DNA from: Antedon mediterranea
Lineage: Eukaryota; Animalia; Echinodermata
Length of the DNA: 64,000 nt
Direction of reading: 5' to 3'
NCBI RefSeq assembly: GCF_964355755.1
Contig: NC_092679.1
Location: 16,351,432 to 16,415,431, forward strand
Shown here: positions 59,801 to 64,000 of the stretch, one piece after another
Layout: every line of letters begins with the position of its first letter
Numbering within the stretch: the first letter of the stretch is position 1
Position numbers and translations under genes: made by a program
Notes under the pieces: model-generated
What the model saw: the letters and a program-made list of their open reading frames with translations, nothing else
The model's database searches: none
What the model was told of the DNA's origin: nothing

Positions 59801-62480
59801 TGTTTAAAATACAAGAAGAAAAGCATTAACGATACAGCTACAAATTCATTATCTATTTTAATATTTTTAATAATTAAAACTATTATGATAAAATATTATT
59901 ATTAAATTAAAAAAAATTAACAACAGTAGATGTTAATGCATGATTAACATCTTGTAATTTGTAAACATTAAGGGCTTCGAAAATAAAAGTTGTTTTAATA
60001 AGGGCTTCAAAAATAAAAGTTTTTTAAATTATAAATTCAAAACTCACCATTCACAAGAATTACTGAAATTAATGTGGTAATGAAGAATATTTCTTGCCCT
60101 GTCAAGATAAAAGATTAATTAAATTGGCTAGATAGGTAAGTGCATCAAGATAACCAAGAGGCCAACAAAATCAAACCTAGCTAGACGCGGCCTAAATCCG
60201 TCCACGAAATTCAGCTTGAGCTACTAAAGGTAGTGCATTGTTTCTCTCTTTAAAAAAAAAAACCATATTTATAACCATAAAACATACATTTAAAACAATG
60301 ATTTTAATGTTTTTAAAAATTGTAGCGATAGTGTCTTATTTATTATGTCTAATTATTAAACACAACTTACAATCATCTGTGTTCACCACGGTCAATATAG
60401 TGGTCAATACAAACAGTGCAAGTATTCCCGGTATAGACACATGCATCCGTGTTTTAACTGACACACTGAAAATAAAAACAAGTAATATTTGTACAGTATT
60501 GATTACATTGTACAATTTTGATGGCATAAAAAGGTTGTAAAATAAACGCATTAAGTATTTTTAAATAGTTTACTGCAAAGGTAGACAAGGTTAAGTATTA
60601 GATAGTTGAAACTTCCGCTAAAATGATGACATCATCTTCCAAAAATAGAAGGGTTTCTATAATACATGTATGTATGTTGATAGTTTCAGTATCTATGAGG
60701 AACTAACTGTATTTGATTGCAGTTACAATGACTGTTTTTTTATTACTTTTTTTTTAGAATTTGTCAATTGAATACAGGGACAATGTTTTTGTTTATCTCA
60801 TGACTTAGTTGGCATAGTTTACGCTTGACGGTTTGTTATATTCAAAAACATAAATCAAATGCTGTACTGTGGTACATTTTTCAGATTTTTTTTAGCATTT
60901 GGCTGTTTTCTGTTATTACTTTTACTGTATGATTTACTTCAGTATATGTATTTGTTGCTTTCACATTTCAACAGTTTAAGCCTGGTTTCCATTAAAACCG
61001 CTACAGCGTTTCCATTAAAATCGCTACAGCGTTTCCATTAAAATCGCTGCACGCGCAGATGTCGCCGACGCAATCGGGGAGCTCCCCGATTCATCGCAGT
61101 CAAATCGGAAAAGTTCAACCATGTTCAACTTTGCCGATTTTGTGTGTGATGAATCGTATACGCGTACCAAAGAAAATTTAGCGCTCGCGTACTAGATCCC
61201 CGATAAATTCTAGCGTTTCCATTGAATCGCTACGCTCTGTCATGTAGCGATTTTATGGAAACCAGGCTTAGGGTACTAAGGCAAGGCGAGATTTTTTTTT
61301 TGTAATGTGATAGGCATGATTGAACACTATAAATCAATTTTGACTGAAAACCAATGTTTACATTTTTTCGCATTTTCTAGAATATTACAGAACTACCATA
61401 TTTATTGTTTTATTATTTTTTATTTTATTTATTTATTGCCTTTATTCGAGGAAATAAATAAAGGCCGGATGATGTTTATTCAGGGGAGGCATTTATTCAA
61501 AGCAGGGCGTGTATTCGAATAAATACGGTATCTCTTTCTAAAATACAAAAATTTAACTTACGAATGTTGCAATATTGTGGTTATGGTGAGGGAGATAACT
61601 TGTGGAATCATAGCCGCCAAAGCAAAATAATTTTCAAAGCTGTTTTGAAGGTACGTTTTGTTTTCATTATCTGGTACAGTACAGTGTTCATTCGTATTGT
61701 TGACATTTTGAAATTTAACATTGTAATACTGAAAAAATAAAAGAAATATTAATAGTAGAGCCAAGTACATGATAATTGAAATGATTTAATTTGTAGCCTG
61801 ATTAAAATCTTGTTCATACCTTGTTTGCTGTGATAAACATATTCCATGGCAAGACTGATGTTACTCCAAATATGTAAAATATGATATATGCTATATTATA
61901 TCTAAAAGAACAAAATCAGAAGTATTTTTCTTTTATTGTAAGCATGTGGTTATTAATTTATAAACACAACAAGTTTTTAAATTTTTTCTTTTAATGAGAA
62001 TTCAACTGTAAAATTTAAACTGAATACAGCTAAAAATAAACACTATTAAATAGACATCCATGTTAAGCTCTGCCTACAGTATCAAACATCATGTGACTAA
62101 AAAATGTGATGTACCCATATATGGACATGATGATGTCATATCACTACCATATTTGGACATATCACTACCATATTTGAGCACATCACATTATTTTGTCAAA
62201 TTAGTTTGATAGTGTAGACATAGCTTAAGAATAGATTCAAAGGGGGAGGGGAAGGGGACATTTATTTTACTTATGGAGAGGGGGATGACAAATATACATT
62301 TTATACTGTAAAACCCTGTCTTGTTTGTGCTTCTCTCATTATCCTGGTGTAGAAGACCTACAGTTAATCAATCACAAACCTGTCTTCAATGTCGTATATT
62401 ATTGGTTCATTGTCATTCATTGACTGTATCATGGCCTCCTCTTCTTCCATAATTCTTTCGTCACTGTCATCTTCTGCCAT
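53889..62480 (-). CDS. SLC29 equilibrative nucleoside transporter, 12 coding exons
   Basis: Exons 62480-62380, 61901-61820, 61728-61562, 60465-60371, 60098-60048, 59799-59665, 59241-59113, 58599-58514, 57989-57878, 57147-57062, 56371-56172, 54006-53889. LPWNMFITA, ALMGGQGLGG, VTLTCFPG, CFLLFNLMDWFGR, RFAFIPLFMLCN, SNGYLGSLCMMYGP, ETAGNMM. Confidence 0.92.
54150..55500. repeat. 80-bp tandem satellite, ~16.5 near-identical copies, in the last SLC29 intron
   Basis: Unit GGAGACATCCCCTATTCAGGAACCATTACTATTCATGGGGCCACCCTTATTCAGGAGACTTAAGGCTCCTACTGTATCAA. Confidence 0.98.
55546..56065. mobile_element. TIR MITE with TAGGGAC termini, nested
   Basis: TATTAGGGACTTTACGAAA ... TTTCGTAAAGTCCCTAATA. Confidence 0.8.
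57471..57577 (+). mobile_element. tRNA/CORE-SINE remnant
   Basis: A-box-like GTGGTGCAGTG, B-box-like GTTCAAATCC, then CORE-like TCCTTAGGCAAGACACTTTAC..TGCCTCTCTCCAC. Confidence 0.6.
60979..61268. mobile_element. Harbinger-like MITE
   Basis: AGCCTGGTTTCCATTAAAACCGCTAC ... GTAGCGATTTTATGGAAACCAGGCT with TA-rich flanks. Confidence 0.8.
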
Positions 62481-64000
62481 CTTGATGAATTTTTACCTGT
62501 AAACAAGTTTTTTTTTCGTAAGTTTTTAAAGAATATGCTAACCTAGGCCTAGTATAGACTAGCTAGTACTGCACTATATCAAAGAATATATATAACAAGA
62601 ATGAGCAATCCGCGATTTTCCCTGTAACAGTAATATTGTCCATGTGGTAGGGCGCCGCCATAAGTGAGGATGTATCTAGGATGTATACAACTTTTTGTGA
62701 CGGTTTCACTAATCAAAGGCTGGACCACCGGTAGTATTTTCATGATAAAAAATGTTATCAACTACATGCCAACATCATGTTAAATGCTGTTTGGATATTT
62801 AATTGTTCGTTTTATGCAATTTATTTAGTAAAAACTGCCATATAAACAGTTCGCTTTATCAACCAGGCGCTACGATAGCGTGACCGGGCGTGTTGGTGTT
62901 TACGCGTTTTCACGAAGGATAGTTTTAACTTGTTTCTGGTAAAACAAATAAATGTTAATGATTTAACATTTTATCCTGTTAATAACATGTATTTTATACT
63001 AATTTATATCATAAAAACAATACTTAATTTACCGGACGTAGAGTAGTACGCGGCAATGGTAAAGAATAGGCCGTGCTGAGTAACGATTCGTTGATTTTTG
63101 GTGTTGCTGTGTTAGGCCTTTTTTGTGAACTAATTTAGCATGTTAGTAAATAATTATCTGTAAAAGTGAATGTACACTAGTTTGTTAATAAATATGTATT
63201 ATAAAATAGTTTACAATTGCAAAATATATTATCATAATTCTATTTAATGTGACATGTATAATATCTATTAAATCAAGTCTTATTTAGTATGTATACACCC
63301 GCCCTTATTAGGGCGGGCATCACTCTCTGGAGCTCTCTGTTAGTTACAAATTTCTCATGCAAAAATCGCGGAATACTCATTCTTCTTGTGATATATATTC
63401 TTTGACTATATTACAATAATTCTTTAATATAAGGTAGAAGAAAACCAAACAAACAAGTATACTGTAATTGTTATACCTGATAAGGAAACCTCTAATTATG
63501 TCCAAGGACGGGAATTTACAATGAGTACGAGGTCACCAAACATAAGGGACATCACATGACATTTTTTTAGCTAGGCCTCTAGGCGTTGCACAGTAGGTTG
63601 GGTTGTTGGCCCCTGTCTCTGGCCGGCCGTGGACTGAATTATATAATTCTTTCTTGCTAGGCCTAGCCTAGTGCCTAGCTAGGCCTTTTTTGGCACATAA
63701 AGTACATCATTATTAAATATTTCTCAAATAGATTTAGTTGATTTAGTGTACACTAAAAATACATACCTTTTCATTTATTTTAAAACAGCGAGGTGTTTCG
63801 TACAAAAGTCACGAGAGACACAACCTTCAAAATGACAAAATGACAAAATGTGATGTTTTTATTTTTCATACAGTTCGCCCTCTTTCGTCGTAGATCAAAA
63901 TTTTATTTGGAAAAAACGTATAAATACTGTATTATTATGCATGCATTAAAAACGCGATTGGACACGAATTATTATTGTATTTTATACGAATAAATAACTT

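Overview
AT-rich, intron-rich animal genomic DNA, probably from an invertebrate deuterostome such as an echinoderm (inference); it is not prokaryotic. Hand-assembled spliced models give ten protein-coding genes: NDUFB1 (58 aa, missed by the ORF track), NEK2, ATXN3, a GT43 glucuronosyltransferase (B3GAT3-like), three secreted/membrane-anchored GH1 beta-glycosidases (plus an aborted fourth 5' fragment), RIOX1/NO66, LIN52 and an SLC29 equilibrative nucleoside transporter. Introns and intergenic DNA are packed with non-autonomous transposons (Harbinger-, TcMar-, Kolobok- and Helentron-like), tRNA- and 5S-derived SINE remnants and tandem repeats. The most notable signals are a NEK2 promoter with a CDE/CHR plus twin CCAAT layout, RIOX1 and LIN52 start codons only 73 bp apart, patchwork homogenisation between GH1 paralogs, two complementary-defective Penelope-type hammerhead motifs, a satellite growing inside a MITE, and a GC-AG intron. 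I see no clear evidence of a wholly new multi-gene system.
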